Shown piece by piece: positions 40,635 to 50,899 of a DNA stretch of 64,000 nucleotides. Source of the DNA: a virus; the IMG/VR virus record IMGVR_UViG_3300045922_000167, positions 1-64,000 of that record, one strand, 5' to 3'. A program made the translations under genes and the position numbers. How positions within the stretch are numbered: the stretch's first letter is position 1; each line of letters begins with the position of its first letter. The notes below the pieces were generated by a model. The model searched no databases. It was not told the origin of the DNA and was given only the letters and a program-made list of their open reading frames with translations.

Positions 40635-40973
40635 ATGGAAAATATTCACAAAATAATCAATTTAACTCCCCACGTTATAAACGTGGTGGAGGATGACAAA
40701 ATTATATTAACGTTACCACCTAGCGGCACTGTCGCTAGGGTTAAAACCGAAGAGTACGTCATAGGCGTACTCAATAAAACGGTATGTATTTATGAGATAG
40801 AATTAGAGGAAGTCTACGGACTTCCTGAACCAGAAAAGGACACATTTTACATTGTGTCCTTAATAACGGCACAAAGCTTGAAAGGCGTCAGAAATGACAT
40901 TTTAGTCACGCACGGAGCAATCCGTGATAGTAACGGCAATGTAATTGGCTGCAAGGGCTTTGCTCGTGTGTAG
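40635..40973 (+). CDS. NLTPH-family protein, paralogue 2 (possible Crn4-like ring nuclease)
   Basis: IINLTPH...PSGTVARV...GLPEPEKDTFYIVS...RNDILV...RDSNGNVIGCKGF. Confidence 0.6.
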   Translation: MENIHKIINLTPHVINVVEDDKIILTLPPSGTVARVKTEEYVIGVLNKTVCIYEIELEEVYGLPEPEKDTFYIVSLITAQSLKGVRNDILVTHGAIRDSNGNVIGCKGFARV

Positions 40974-40992
40974 CCTATATATATGATGTATA

Positions 40993-41035
40993 AAATAAGC
41001 CAAAGGACTTTACGTTCTTTGGCTTATTTGTTTTT
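40993..41035 (+). terminator. Intrinsic terminator
   Basis: AAATAAGCCAAAGGAC/GTTCTTTGGCTTATTT stem plus T tract. Confidence 0.8.
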
Positions 41036-41046
41036 AAAGTGTTAAG

Positions 41047-41199
41047 ATGAAAGAAAACAAAAATAGTAAGTTTTTCAACTTACTTGTGAAAAAATACCCT
41101 AACGTACCCAGGAGTGTACTTAGGTGTATTTACGATTACTCCTATAACATAAAAGAACAATTAATCTTAATTTACAATATTTACAATGACAGTCATTAA
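41047..41199 (+). CDS. Small hypothetical protein (50 aa, below the ORF-track cutoff)
   Basis: MKENKNSKFFNLLVKKYPNVP... fills the gap before the 41186 ORF. Confidence 0.35.
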   Translation: MKENKNSKFFNLLVKKYPNVPRSVLRCIYDYSYNIKEQLILIYNIYNDSH

Positions 41200-41425
41200 A
41201 AAAATTAATTTCAAAAAACAACAAATTGTAGCTTCAAACGTAAGCTACACGTTGTTTGAATACCACAACGAGGTGTGCAACATAATGGGCGCTGCTGGCT
41301 GCCCCAAAGCAGAATTACCAGCGCTTGGTGATGTTGTGTCCTACTTCGATCTATACGAACTATATGGATCGTATGACCCACAAAAATGTGCAGTAATTTT
41401 GTTAAAAAAGAAACTTTACATATAA
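41186..41425 (+). CDS. Hypothetical protein
   Basis: 79-aa ORF, TAATG-coupled to the next ORF. Confidence 0.55.
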   Translation: MTVIKKINFKKQQIVASNVSYTLFEYHNEVCNIMGAAGCPKAELPALGDVVSYFDLYELYGSYDPQKCAVILLKKKLYI

Positions 41426-41637
41426 TGGGTCTGTATCTGTGGAATGTAAAAAAAGAAAACAATACTTACGAAACCAAGTATTGTGATCTGCGACACATAG
41501 TATCCTTAGTAAAAAAGGAACTAATCTTAAAAGCTCAAACCGTTTTAGACGGTGTGATAGTTACAGTAAAACATGAAAATGATGAAAACGATGAAAATGA
41601 TAAATCTACTCCAGCACAACATCAAAATGCTGGATGA
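41425..41637 (+). CDS. Hypothetical protein
   Basis: Start MGLYLW overlaps the upstream stop (TAATG). Confidence 0.45.
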   Translation: MGLYLWNVKKENNTYETKYCDLRHIVSLVKKELILKAQTVLDGVIVTVKHENDENDENDKSTPAQHQNAG

Positions 41638-41926
41638 AAATCTGCAAATAAGACAAGAAATCCCATCTGAGGGATTAGCATGGGTAGAGCAACGTTATCT
41701 GATTAAAGATAACGTTGCTGGTGTTCCCGTACTTGATGTTGAGTACGGTAATATTAGCGGCCTTCCAGAGCCGCAAGATGGCGTTGTGTATATCGTTAAC
41801 GGATTAGTAGCAGCTGTTGCTGCTGCTAGAGGTCGGAATGACGTGTATTCTGTACACGTTCAGAAAAATAATAAGAAGATTATCGGGGTTAAAAGCCTCG
41901 TACTACCGCAAAAACTAATATTTTAA
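41573..41926 (+). CDS. NLTPH-family protein, paralogue 3 (divergent NLLQH)
   Basis: MINLLQH...PSEGLAWV...GLPEPQDGVVYIVN...GRNDVY...IIGVKSL; start uncertain because of several ATGs. Confidence 0.55.
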   Translation: MKMMKTMKMINLLQHNIKMLDENLQIRQEIPSEGLAWVEQRYLIKDNVAGVPVLDVEYGNISGLPEPQDGVVYIVNGLVAAVAAARGRNDVYSVHVQKNNKKIIGVKSLVLPQKLIF

Positions 41927-41934
41927 TTAATAAC

Positions 41935-44400
41935 ATGTTAAAGTTTAAGAGTAAAAAAGAGGCGTACGAATGGAGACGCCAATACCAGTCGATCTATTAC
42001 GAGCATACTGGTAATAAATTTTATACAAAAAACCCCTTACATTCAAGGGGATACGTAGGTATAGAGGTGAGATTTTATGCTCACCATAGTCACGGATTAA
42101 ATGTAAGAGGGTTATTCAAAAGTAAAATAGAGGAATGCCCTCTATTGTTTAATAACATTCCCAAAATTGAATTAGATTATAAAGATTTAGAAATATCTAA
42201 ATCTTGGAACTTGGAAAGAAACCAATTAAGTATTGGTTTCAATCCAAGACAAATTATTGAATTATTAGAAAACCATCAAATAACTCGAGATGATCTCGAG
42301 TTTTTAATATTCGAGGTAGAAGTAGGAGCTGCGTTCTCTCGAGAATATAGTTTCTATTACAAGGACAAAAGTGAACAAGAATTTGAAGATCAAGCAATCA
42401 AAGATTTTCAAAACCAATTACCAAAAGCATGTTACAACATGAAACCCATGTTGCTTGCTTTACGTGATACTGACCGTGTAGCTTTATTTAAAACCCCAGA
42501 CAGAAATAAGAATGGGGAAAAGAAGAGTTATACTTATATGGAGATATGGCATAACCATTGCCATTTACTCCCTAAAGCTAGCAAAGGGGAGCTGAGACAA
42601 TGTAATTATGACCAAATGAATTCTGATGAAAAAGAATTCGTAAATCATGTAAGTAATATTGTAAGTAAAACTTACAACATAGACGAAACAAAATCGTCTA
42701 TAGTAAGGTATGGTAATCGTATATTTAGTATTGCCTTCAAGGTAAATGTTGAAAGCAATCCTAACATACTAGTTCTTGCGGATGATTCTGCTATGTATAA
42801 TCATCATAGCTACGATGTATCATTTAACGGTATAACTAAAGCTATGTACAGTCAACATGCTGTACTTAAAGCTGAGTTAGGTAGTCTGAAAGAACATAAC
42901 AAAATTTCAGATAGTTTTATTTATGAAGCCTTAATAGGGCAAATTAAAACTAGCTGTTTTAACACACTTAGTAGAATATCTGAGTGTAAATATCAAGGAA
43001 GAGAAAATATCCTAAACTTAAAAGGATATCGTTCCATTGATTACAACCTAGCCAATCATGGAATTGCTATCCCTATGAGAGAAGACATAAAAGACGACTT
43101 CATAGAAGAAGTCATCAAAAAAGTGTGCTTCTTTTCTTTGAGTAATAAAGCTGCTAGTACGATGTATTTAGCTCCTTACCAAAGAGAAGGTTATCAGAAT
43201 TATAAAGTTATTGAAATAGAGGGCAGTAATGCTGTCTTAGGGTTTAAACATCAACCTACGCTTAACAAGAAATTGTTAGCGACAGACAATTACAATCCTC
43301 TGGTAGACTTAAAAAACAGCGGTATGCTGTTTGACCTGGAGTATAATATAAGTTATTTACCAGATCTATGGTCAATAACTCATTATATTATAAACTACTT
43401 GGTGAAACCGATATCTTTAAAACATTTTAAGAAAATGTTAAAAAAGGTATCCAACCAATTCAACATAACTAATGTTGATATAATTAAAGAATTCAACATT
43501 GGTAATGTTAATGCAGGTTTAATGTACAAAGCAATGTATTGGCTTTGTATGTTAGAAATACTAAAAGATCAAGACATTAAACCCATAAGTGTAAGCAGGC
43601 TAATAAATGACGTTGAATATTTTGAAGACGTCATAAATTTACCTCGTAATTCAAGCAATTTAGAAATTTATGCTCTAAGTGAAACAAGTTCAGAAAAACG
43701 CAAACAGTTTATTAAAGCTGCGTTTGAAAAAGAACAAGAATCACTTAAAGCAGAGTATGAAAAGTATATTGTACATGCTAGAATCAAAATCTTCAACGAA
43801 GTTGTAAGACTTCAAGCAAAGAATGATTATAATAGCAGGTATAATGATCCAGTCCTAATTCTTTCCAACGGTAAGAATTTAGAAAAGTCAAACAATAAGT
43901 ACAAAATAACCGAAGAAATACAAAAAGCCTATCAGGTGTATTTAGATAAATTTGGTTATTTATTGGAAGGAGAGTACGATATAGAAACTTTAATTAATAC
44001 CCACTACACAAACACTCACAATCCGCTATTAGACCATAACGAGTCTTATACGGATTTAAGTGAAGGTATAAGGTTTCATATTGACTATGAGAACAAACGT
44101 GCGGTAACATCTAAAGGCATTATCGTAACGTTTGACAAGTTAAGGGAATACATCAAAAGTTTTTCTCAAAACCAGCCTATCGTAACAACGTATGGCGTAG
44201 GTAAGATTGAGAACAACTATATTGCTATTGGATGCCATTTAATTCATTCCAGCCAAATAAAACATCTGTACGACAACATTCCTGACGTACAAAACGTAGA
44301 GATCGACTGGAGTTTGTATGAAACGAAGTTCCCTATTCCTACTCTAATGTCTCTTGAAGAGTACATAGAGAGGAATAGTAAATACGCTAAATTGTTATAG
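41935..44400 (+). CDS. Large hypothetical protein (821 aa)
   Basis: Long ORF; no motif recognised. Confidence 0.8.
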   Translation: MLKFKSKKEAYEWRRQYQSIYYEHTGNKFYTKNPLHSRGYVGIEVRFYAHHSHGLNVRGLFKSKIEECPLLFNNIPKIELDYKDLEISKSWNLERNQLSIGFNPRQIIELLENHQITRDDLEFLIFEVEVGAAFSREYSFYYKDKSEQEFEDQAIKDFQNQLPKACYNMKPMLLALRDTDRVALFKTPDRNKNGEKKSYTYMEIWHNHCHLLPKASKGELRQCNYDQMNSDEKEFVNHVSNIVSKTYNIDETKSSIVRYGNRIFSIAFKVNVESNPNILVLADDSAMYNHHSYDVSFNGITKAMYSQHAVLKAELGSLKEHNKISDSFIYEALIGQIKTSCFNTLSRISECKYQGRENILNLKGYRSIDYNLANHGIAIPMREDIKDDFIEEVIKKVCFFSLSNKAASTMYLAPYQREGYQNYKVIEIEGSNAVLGFKHQPTLNKKLLATDNYNPLVDLKNSGMLFDLEYNISYLPDLWSITHYIINYLVKPISLKHFKKMLKKVSNQFNITNVDIIKEFNIGNVNAGLMYKAMYWLCMLEILKDQDIKPISVSRLINDVEYFEDVINLPRNSSNLEIYALSETSSEKRKQFIKAAFEKEQESLKAEYEKYIVHARIKIFNEVVRLQAKNDYNSRYNDPVLILSNGKNLEKSNNKYKITEEIQKAYQVYLDKFGYLLEGEYDIETLINTHYTNTHNPLLDHNESYTDLSEGIRFHIDYENKRAVTSKGIIVTFDKLREYIKSFSQNQPIVTTYGVGKIENNYIAIGCHLIHSSQIKHLYDNIPDVQNVEIDWSLYETKFPIPTLMSLEEYIERNSKYAKLL

Positions 44401-44452
44401 GGTTGTAGTCCTGAGCATGACTTTAAAAGGCTCATTTTTTTATTTTAACAAC

Positions 44453-44998
44453 ATGAAGCATTTAATTTTCCTCCTCTTACTCATCTCACTGAGTTCTTGC
44501 GGAGTATTAGAAAAACGTTACTATAAAAGCTTAGTAACGTACGACAATTGCCTAAAGGTAGTTAATCCAGTTGTACTGGATATACCTTGTAAGGATACGA
44601 TTATTACGCTGCCTACGTACAGTACGTTAATTAACGTACCTTTAAGAGATACGTTTATTGATAATACAATATGGTATCAATTACTAGATTCTATTTTTAC
44701 TTACAAAGATAGCTTAACTGAAGCTAAGTTATTGTATGATAAAACTACTAATAAGTTTAATCTATATGTACGACAACAGGAAAAAGCATTTAAGGTAAAA
44801 GTAGCTGATGAATTAGCGTTATTAGACCAATACAACAGATTAAAACGTAACTATCAAATTTTATTAAACGATAGGAACGATTTAATCGCTCAACAAGCAA
44901 AAAAAGATGAAAAAAAGCTAACTAATTTAATTTATATAGCTGCTTTCATCTTGTCTTTGCTGATTATAGCTTTTATAACGTTTTACTTAAAACAATGA
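44453..44998 (+). CDS. Lipoprotein with C-terminal TM helix (u-spanin-like architecture)
   Basis: MKHLIFLLLLISLSS-C lipobox; coiled coil; C-terminal LIYIAAFILSLLIIAFITFYL. Confidence 0.6.
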   Translation: MKHLIFLLLLISLSSCGVLEKRYYKSLVTYDNCLKVVNPVVLDIPCKDTIITLPTYSTLINVPLRDTFIDNTIWYQLLDSIFTYKDSLTEAKLLYDKTTNKFNLYVRQQEKAFKVKVADELALLDQYNRLKRNYQILLNDRNDLIAQQAKKDEKKLTNLIYIAAFILSLLIIAFITFYLKQ

Positions 44999-47049
44999 AT
45001 TATTTGATTACAAACACAAAAACGTTATTTGATGAAAATAACGGTTGGAAAATACTAAACGTAATTTCTCAAACAGAAACTACGATTAGTAGATTAGTAA
45101 ATGTGTTACAATCTAGTAATATATATTATTTAGATACTGAAACTACTGGATTAGATCCACACCTTAATAGATTACTTTTAGTAACTATTAGATCAGGTTA
45201 CGATACCATAGTAATTGATTTTTCTAATTTAGGAGATAAACAAGAAGCTATTAAAGTCTTGTTAAATTCATATCTAACTAAAGAAGAAAAAACAATTGTA
45301 TGGTTTAATGGTAAGTTTGATTACAAGTTTATGTTAAAGAACTTTGGTATTCATTTAACTAATCATTATGATTTGTTTTTAGCTCATAAAGCTATAACAA
45401 ATGGGTTAGATGAACCAAATAGTCTTAAGGATGTAGTTAACAAATACTTAGGATTTTATATGGCTAAAGAAGAACGTACTGAATTCCTAAAGTATGATAA
45501 ATCAACTTATTTACCTAAGTTATCTCATATACAGTACGCTGCAAAAGATGTAGACGTTCTTGAAGATTTGTACGAAATATTACGTAAGGAAGTAAGAGAC
45601 AAAGAATTAACTCAAGTAGTTGATTTAGAAAATTCTGTTATGCCAGCATATGCTTTTATGGAATATACTGGAGTTCCTTTGGATATTACGTATTGGCAAG
45701 AAAATATTATATCTAAATACCAAGCGTTAGCTGATATATGTTTAGATAATTTAACTAAGATAGCTCTCAGTGACCCTGCACTCTCCAAATATAAAATAAA
45801 AAATCCTATCGTAAATTTATTTGGAGAACCAGATTACGCTATTTCTAGAAACGGTAAACCTTTAATAAGTAAGGAAGCCATATATCATAGCATTAACTGG
45901 AATTCTAACCAGCAAGTGTTAGAAATAATGAAAAATGACTATGGTATTGAATGTAGTTACAAAATACAAGGTCAAGTAAAACAAGGCGTTAATGCCGATG
46001 TTTTACTTGCACATTGTAGCGAAGAATTTAAACACTCAGTGAGTGATGGAGACTTAAAAAAAGGTACAGAGACTGCGAGTAGTATATTTGAATGGTTGTA
46101 CCTTTTGAAGAAAACTGAGAAGCTCTTGAGAACGTATGGACAAAATCTAATAGACATAATTAACCCAGTTACTAAACGTCTCCATTGTGAATTTAACCAA
46201 ATGGGTACAGACACAGGAAGGGTATCTTCAAACAACCCTAACCTTCAAAACTTACCACGTTTGCAAGAATTTCGTTCAGGTATTAGAGTACATGGAGATG
46301 ATAAATGGTTGATAACATTAGATTACGATGGTGCTGAATTACGAATCATAGCTGATGGAGCTGAAGAGCCTACTATGATTAGAGCTTTTAATGACGGTGA
46401 GGATGTTCACGCTTTCTTAGCTACTAAAGCCTATGGCGTTACAGTAACTAAGAAAGAAAACAAACATCTAAGAAATAATATGAAGACAGTGAACTTTGGA
46501 TTAGCTTATGGGGCTGGTCCGTCTAAGTTTGCTGATATATTTGGTTCAGTAGAAAAAGCTAAAGACTTCTTGGATAACGTTTACTACAAGAACTTTCCTA
46601 AACTTAAAACGTTTTTTAATTCCTTAGCTGAATTCGGTCAAACTAACGGCTACATAACTACTTTTCCTCCAATAAGTAGAAAACGATTTTTTCCTAATCA
46701 CGAAGAAATCGTAGAAAAAGCTAAAACGGACAAAGAATATCAAGCTAAGTTAGCTGCGATAGGTAGAGAATCTAAAAATACTCCTATTCAAGGTACTTCA
46801 GCTGATATAATCAAATTAGCTACTGCTACGTTATTTAACGAAATACTACGTAATAATATGTTAAATAACGTTAAAATAATTAACCAAGTACATGATGAAT
46901 TAACTATTGAATTAAATGGATATTCATTAGAAGAAGCTAGATCTTTTGCTACTTGGATTAAAGGGGTTATGGTATATGCTGGCTCTTTACAAATAAAACA
47001 TGTCGTTATGGAAGTATCATACGACATAGACAAAATATGGGTTAAATAA
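44995..47049 (+). CDS. polA: DNA polymerase family A with 3'-5' exonuclease
   Basis: ExoI DTETTGL, ExoII FNGKFD, ExoIII YAAKD; TGRVSSNNPNLQN, DYDGAELR, KTVNFGLAYG, NTPIQGT, VHDE. Confidence 0.95.
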   Translation: MNYLITNTKTLFDENNGWKILNVISQTETTISRLVNVLQSSNIYYLDTETTGLDPHLNRLLLVTIRSGYDTIVIDFSNLGDKQEAIKVLLNSYLTKEEKTIVWFNGKFDYKFMLKNFGIHLTNHYDLFLAHKAITNGLDEPNSLKDVVNKYLGFYMAKEERTEFLKYDKSTYLPKLSHIQYAAKDVDVLEDLYEILRKEVRDKELTQVVDLENSVMPAYAFMEYTGVPLDITYWQENIISKYQALADICLDNLTKIALSDPALSKYKIKNPIVNLFGEPDYAISRNGKPLISKEAIYHSINWNSNQQVLEIMKNDYGIECSYKIQGQVKQGVNADVLLAHCSEEFKHSVSDGDLKKGTETASSIFEWLYLLKKTEKLLRTYGQNLIDIINPVTKRLHCEFNQMGTDTGRVSSNNPNLQNLPRLQEFRSGIRVHGDDKWLITLDYDGAELRIIADGAEEPTMIRAFNDGEDVHAFLATKAYGVTVTKKENKHLRNNMKTVNFGLAYGAGPSKFADIFGSVEKAKDFLDNVYYKNFPKLKTFFNSLAEFGQTNGYITTFPPISRKRFFPNHEEIVEKAKTDKEYQAKLAAIGRESKNTPIQGTSADIIKLATATLFNEILRNNMLNNVKIINQVHDELTIELNGYSLEEARSFATWIKGVMVYAGSLQIKHVVMEVSYDIDKIWVK

Positions 47050-47082
47050 TCAAATTTTTTCAAACATCTAATTTATACAATC

Positions 47083-47601
47083 ATGCAAGAAACTAGTAAA
47101 AACATTATGGACGAAATCTTGAATAGTATTTACAGTCCAAAACCTAAAAATGAACAACAAGATCCTACTACTATTAAAGAGTTACTGGATACTTGTTATA
47201 AAATGGTGTATAATGAATTAATTCAACATTATACTCCAGATGAATTAAGTAATCTATTTATGTACTTTGTTGTCAGCATTTACAATTACAGAGTAAGTGT
47301 TAGACATATTTTTAAAAGCGAAGAAGGAGATAAATTAGCTAACGAACTTAGGTTCATTAGCGTAGGATCAGCTTTTACTAAAGTTAATGATTATATTAAT
47401 AAGCTGTCTAATATTAAGCCTTTATTAATAGACTTAGCTACGAACTATGAAGACTTGTACGATTTAGATTCGTATTTCTATGGTACGTATCATGTAGTGC
47501 ATTGTTACAGTATTCAAGATACATTTATTAAAATAATATCTAAATACATTTTTAACGCAATACAAGATAAATTAACTTTTGATAATGAAAATGACAGGTA
47601 A
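47083..47601 (+). CDS. Hypothetical protein
   Basis: 172-aa ORF in operon. Confidence 0.65.
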   Translation: MQETSKNIMDEILNSIYSPKPKNEQQDPTTIKELLDTCYKMVYNELIQHYTPDELSNLFMYFVVSIYNYRVSVRHIFKSEEGDKLANELRFISVGSAFTKVNDYINKLSNIKPLLIDLATNYEDLYDLDSYFYGTYHVVHCYSIQDTFIKIISKYIFNAIQDKLTFDNENDR

Positions 47602-48244
47602 ATTAAAATTCAATCAGTACGTTCCTCTAATGCAGGAACTACTTGCTTCTCCTGTATTTCTTAAGTTTAAACGTTTCAAAGAAACGTTTGTACGAAGTGT
47701 AGAAAATAACGTAGTTTATCTTAACAACGAAGATAACTTAGTAGGTATAGTAACAATAGACTGTAATAACTGTGAACATCCTTTAAGAGATTATGATATT
47801 ATAGGTAAGTTTCTTAGCGATGAGATAGATAATCCAACAAAACTATCTGATTTTAAGAAAAGAATAGAAGATGATGAATTTTGTCTTTTATTACCTGTAT
47901 ATATGTATAATCATGGGGACGTAATGGTGTCAACTTCTCCTTTTGAATGTCAGTTTGACTCAGGTGTATTAGGCTATTGGGTGTTTACGCAACAAGAGCT
48001 AGATGAACATTTTAAAGGAAATAGGGAAGAAGCTAATAAATACGTAAAACATCGTATTGAAGAATATTCTGAGTATTTACAAGGTAACGTCTATACGTTA
48101 CATACATTTGATCAGGAAACTTTTCAATACGAAGATAGCGTATCAGGCATCTACAATATCAAAAAAGACTTTAGTACAAGTTTTTCCGAACAATTCGGTG
48201 GAAACTGGGAAAAAGAAACCATTAATATTATTTGGGTAATTTAA
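47579..48244 (+). CDS. Hypothetical phage protein (PVYMYNHG...FDSG type)
   Basis: Acidic 221-aa ORF; exact start uncertain. Confidence 0.65.
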   Translation: MIMKMTGKLKFNQYVPLMQELLASPVFLKFKRFKETFVRSVENNVVYLNNEDNLVGIVTIDCNNCEHPLRDYDIIGKFLSDEIDNPTKLSDFKKRIEDDEFCLLLPVYMYNHGDVMVSTSPFECQFDSGVLGYWVFTQQELDEHFKGNREEANKYVKHRIEEYSEYLQGNVYTLHTFDQETFQYEDSVSGIYNIKKDFSTSFSEQFGGNWEKETINIIWVI

Positions 48245-48253
48245 TGACAAGTA

Positions 48254-49474
48254 ATGACAAGAGATGAACTGCAAATGGAAGCACTTCAGTCCTGGATAAA
48301 TTCAGGATGTGTAGGGAACATAATATTACCTACTGGTACAGGTAAAAGTAAATTAGCTCTAATGGCTGCTGGTTCGGTCATAGAGCATTTTTATTCTCTC
48401 AATATGCTCACTGAGAGTTCGCAAGTATTAATTGTAACAAGTCGTATTAACCTTAAAATAAACGAATTTCCAAATACTATTAAGAAGTTTGGTTACGAAG
48501 CTTGGGCTAAGTACATTAAAATACATTGTCTACAATCAGCTTACAAGTTTTCAGGTAACCATTACTTGTGTATAATAGTAGATGAAGTACATAACATGTA
48601 TGGAACTAATTATACTGCTCTTATTAATAATAATAGCTATTATTATTACCTCGGATTAACAGCTACGTTATCCAAAGAAAAAGAAATTCATTCTTTGTCA
48701 CACAACATTCCTATTGTTTACAAAAAGACATTTAATGATGTTGTACGACATAAAATAGTAAATCCAGTTACAGTAATTAACGTAGCAATTACGTTAAACG
48801 AAACTGAATTAAACGCTTACCAAGAAATTAACTTGGATATAGAAAATCTTGTTGATGCTTTAGTACCTAACGGTACTGCATTTGATGCGTTAAAATTAGC
48901 TACGAAATATTCTAAAGACACAACTAATGAGTTTATGCAAAAGTTAAGTCTTAGATATTTTAAACTAATTAAAGAAAGACTAAGAATACTACAATGGGCT
49001 GAAAGTAGATACTCGTGTTTACTTTCTATATTATCTAAACATCAAGATGAAAAAATAATAGTATTTACTGGTTCTATTGGTCAGTTAGAAACATATTACG
49101 TTAACGTTACAAACTTAAAAACATTTAAGACTTTTAGGTATCATAGTCAAATGACTAAAAAAGAAAGATTACAAGAATTAGATAAGTTTGCTAAAGAACC
49201 TAAATCTGCTATTATTTTCTCAGCTGAAGCGTTAAATGAGGGTGTCGATATACCTGATTGTAGTGTAGCTATTGTATTATTTGGTACTACAAGTCAACTT
49301 GTAGATACACAAAGAAAAGGAAGAATTGCACGTTTCGCTGATAACAAAAATGCTATCATGTATAACGTGTATGTAAGTTCTAGCATAGAACACAAATACG
49401 TACTAAATCGCACAAAAGAAAACAAAGAATATTCATCATGGATAACAATGGATCAATTACAAAAATCAACGTAA
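48254..49474 (+). CDS. SF2 (DExH) helicase
   Basis: PTGTGKS, DEVH, LTAT, EGVDIPD, QRKGRIAR. Confidence 0.92.
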   Translation: MTRDELQMEALQSWINSGCVGNIILPTGTGKSKLALMAAGSVIEHFYSLNMLTESSQVLIVTSRINLKINEFPNTIKKFGYEAWAKYIKIHCLQSAYKFSGNHYLCIIVDEVHNMYGTNYTALINNNSYYYYLGLTATLSKEKEIHSLSHNIPIVYKKTFNDVVRHKIVNPVTVINVAITLNETELNAYQEINLDIENLVDALVPNGTAFDALKLATKYSKDTTNEFMQKLSLRYFKLIKERLRILQWAESRYSCLLSILSKHQDEKIIVFTGSIGQLETYYVNVTNLKTFKTFRYHSQMTKKERLQELDKFAKEPKSAIIFSAEALNEGVDIPDCSVAIVLFGTTSQLVDTQRKGRIARFADNKNAIMYNVYVSSSIEHKYVLNRTKENKEYSSWITMDQLQKST

Positions 49475-49959
49475 GTCATCTGCATTATTGCTTGACTATA
49501 TTAGCAAGCGGATTACAAACTGACATTCATAATGCTTTAGACCTAATATTAAACTTAAAAAAAGAGTTTGATACTAAAGAAGTAATGTTAGGATTAAATA
49601 ATTATGAAAAAGTTAAAGAATATGCTGATAACTATTTTATATTTCAAGATATAGATATATCAGCATATGCTATGTATCACATGTTAGTAAGAATATATCC
49701 TCAGACTACAAGTCAAGGTAGATTACTAATTACAGACTATGAGAAGTGTATAGCATTATTAAATAATATCATTAATAGCGGAACTATATTGCCTTTAGAA
49801 CTTGAAGAAAAATGTAAAAAGTACATAAGATACATGCTAAACACTCCAGGTCAAGAAGTTTACATAAAATCATTATACGAATGGCTTAAAGGTAAACATT
49901 ATAATGATGTAATACCTGAAGTAAAACGTTCAGTTTCTGGTTTTGACAATGCCTTGTAA
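49438..49959 (+). CDS. Hypothetical protein upstream of DnaB (possible loader/initiator)
   Basis: Overlaps both neighbours; functional call is positional only. Confidence 0.55.
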   Translation: MDNNGSITKINVSHLHYCLTILASGLQTDIHNALDLILNLKKEFDTKEVMLGLNNYEKVKEYADNYFIFQDIDISAYAMYHMLVRIYPQTTSQGRLLITDYEKCIALLNNIINSGTILPLELEEKCKKYIRYMLNTPGQEVYIKSLYEWLKGKHYNDVIPEVKRSVSGFDNAL

Positions 49960-50899
49960 ATCTTTACACGAAATATTAACTGATACGTACAATTCGTTAA
50001 CTTACTACCGTTCAGGTAATCCTTATTGCTTTGTAACGAAATTTAACTCACTTAATGATGCTTTAGGTGGAGGTATTGAATTTGGTACTACAATGGTGAT
50101 AGGAGCAAGACCTGGTATGGGCAAGTCAACGATTGTAATGCAGTTAATCTTAGACATTCAAGAAGTAAATCACTTTCCTTTAGAGATTCATTTCTTGAAT
50201 TGGGAGATGACTACTAATCAATTGGGTATTAGAGTATTAGCCAATCAAACTAATATGAATATATCCAAGATAAGAAGTTTAGATACGATGAGTCTTTATG
50301 AAAACGTTAGTACTATTCAAAATAAAATACCAAATAAAATTTACGTAAATGATAATGCAATGACTTTACAAGATTTAGATTCGTATATTAGTACTCAGTG
50401 TGACCATAGAGAAGAAATAAAAAAACTATTCGTTATAGACCATACACGTTTATTACTTCCATCCGATGAAAGAACAGAAGAAGAAAGGCTATTCAATCTA
50501 TGCAGGTATATTAATCATTCGAATAAGTTACATGGAGCATCCTATATTTTGCTTTCTCAATTGAGTAGAGAAAGTGAAAGGGAAAATTCATCACTTAAGA
50601 CTGAAGGATACCGAGAGCCTATAATGGCTGATTTGTTCGGAGCATCTGCATTAGAACAATTCGCTCATAGTGTTATTTTGCTTTACGCTCCTAAGCTAAA
50701 TGAGCGTGAAACATATCCTATGCACTACAATAACGTTACGTATCAAATACCGACTGATAACTTAATAATCGGTAAGCTCGTAAAAAATCGTAATGGTCCA
50801 ATAGGTAAATTATATTTTGTAACAGAAAGCTCTACTTTTGTAATAAAAGAGTTTGATAAATCAACACTACAAAACCCATTTGAGTTATATGGAAAATAA
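49943..50899 (+). CDS. dnaB: DnaB-like replicative helicase (C-terminal ATPase domain)
   Basis: GARPGMGKS, WEM, VIDH, LSQLSRE, KNRNGP. Confidence 0.92.
   Translation: MTMPCKSLHEILTDTYNSLTYYRSGNPYCFVTKFNSLNDALGGGIEFGTTMVIGARPGMGKSTIVMQLILDIQEVNHFPLEIHFLNWEMTTNQLGIRVLANQTNMNISKIRSLDTMSLYENVSTIQNKIPNKIYVNDNAMTLQDLDSYISTQCDHREEIKKLFVIDHTRLLLPSDERTEEERLFNLCRYINHSNKLHGASYILLSQLSRESERENSSLKTEGYREPIMADLFGASALEQFAHSVILLYAPKLNERETYPMHYNNVTYQIPTDNLIIGKLVKNRNGPIGKLYFVTESSTFVIKEFDKSTLQNPFELYGK

Noticed and set aside
37256-41100. tRNA genes in intergenic regions
   Set aside because: No cloverleaf with T-loop GTTCRA and acceptor stem recognised; tRNAscan-SE would be definitive
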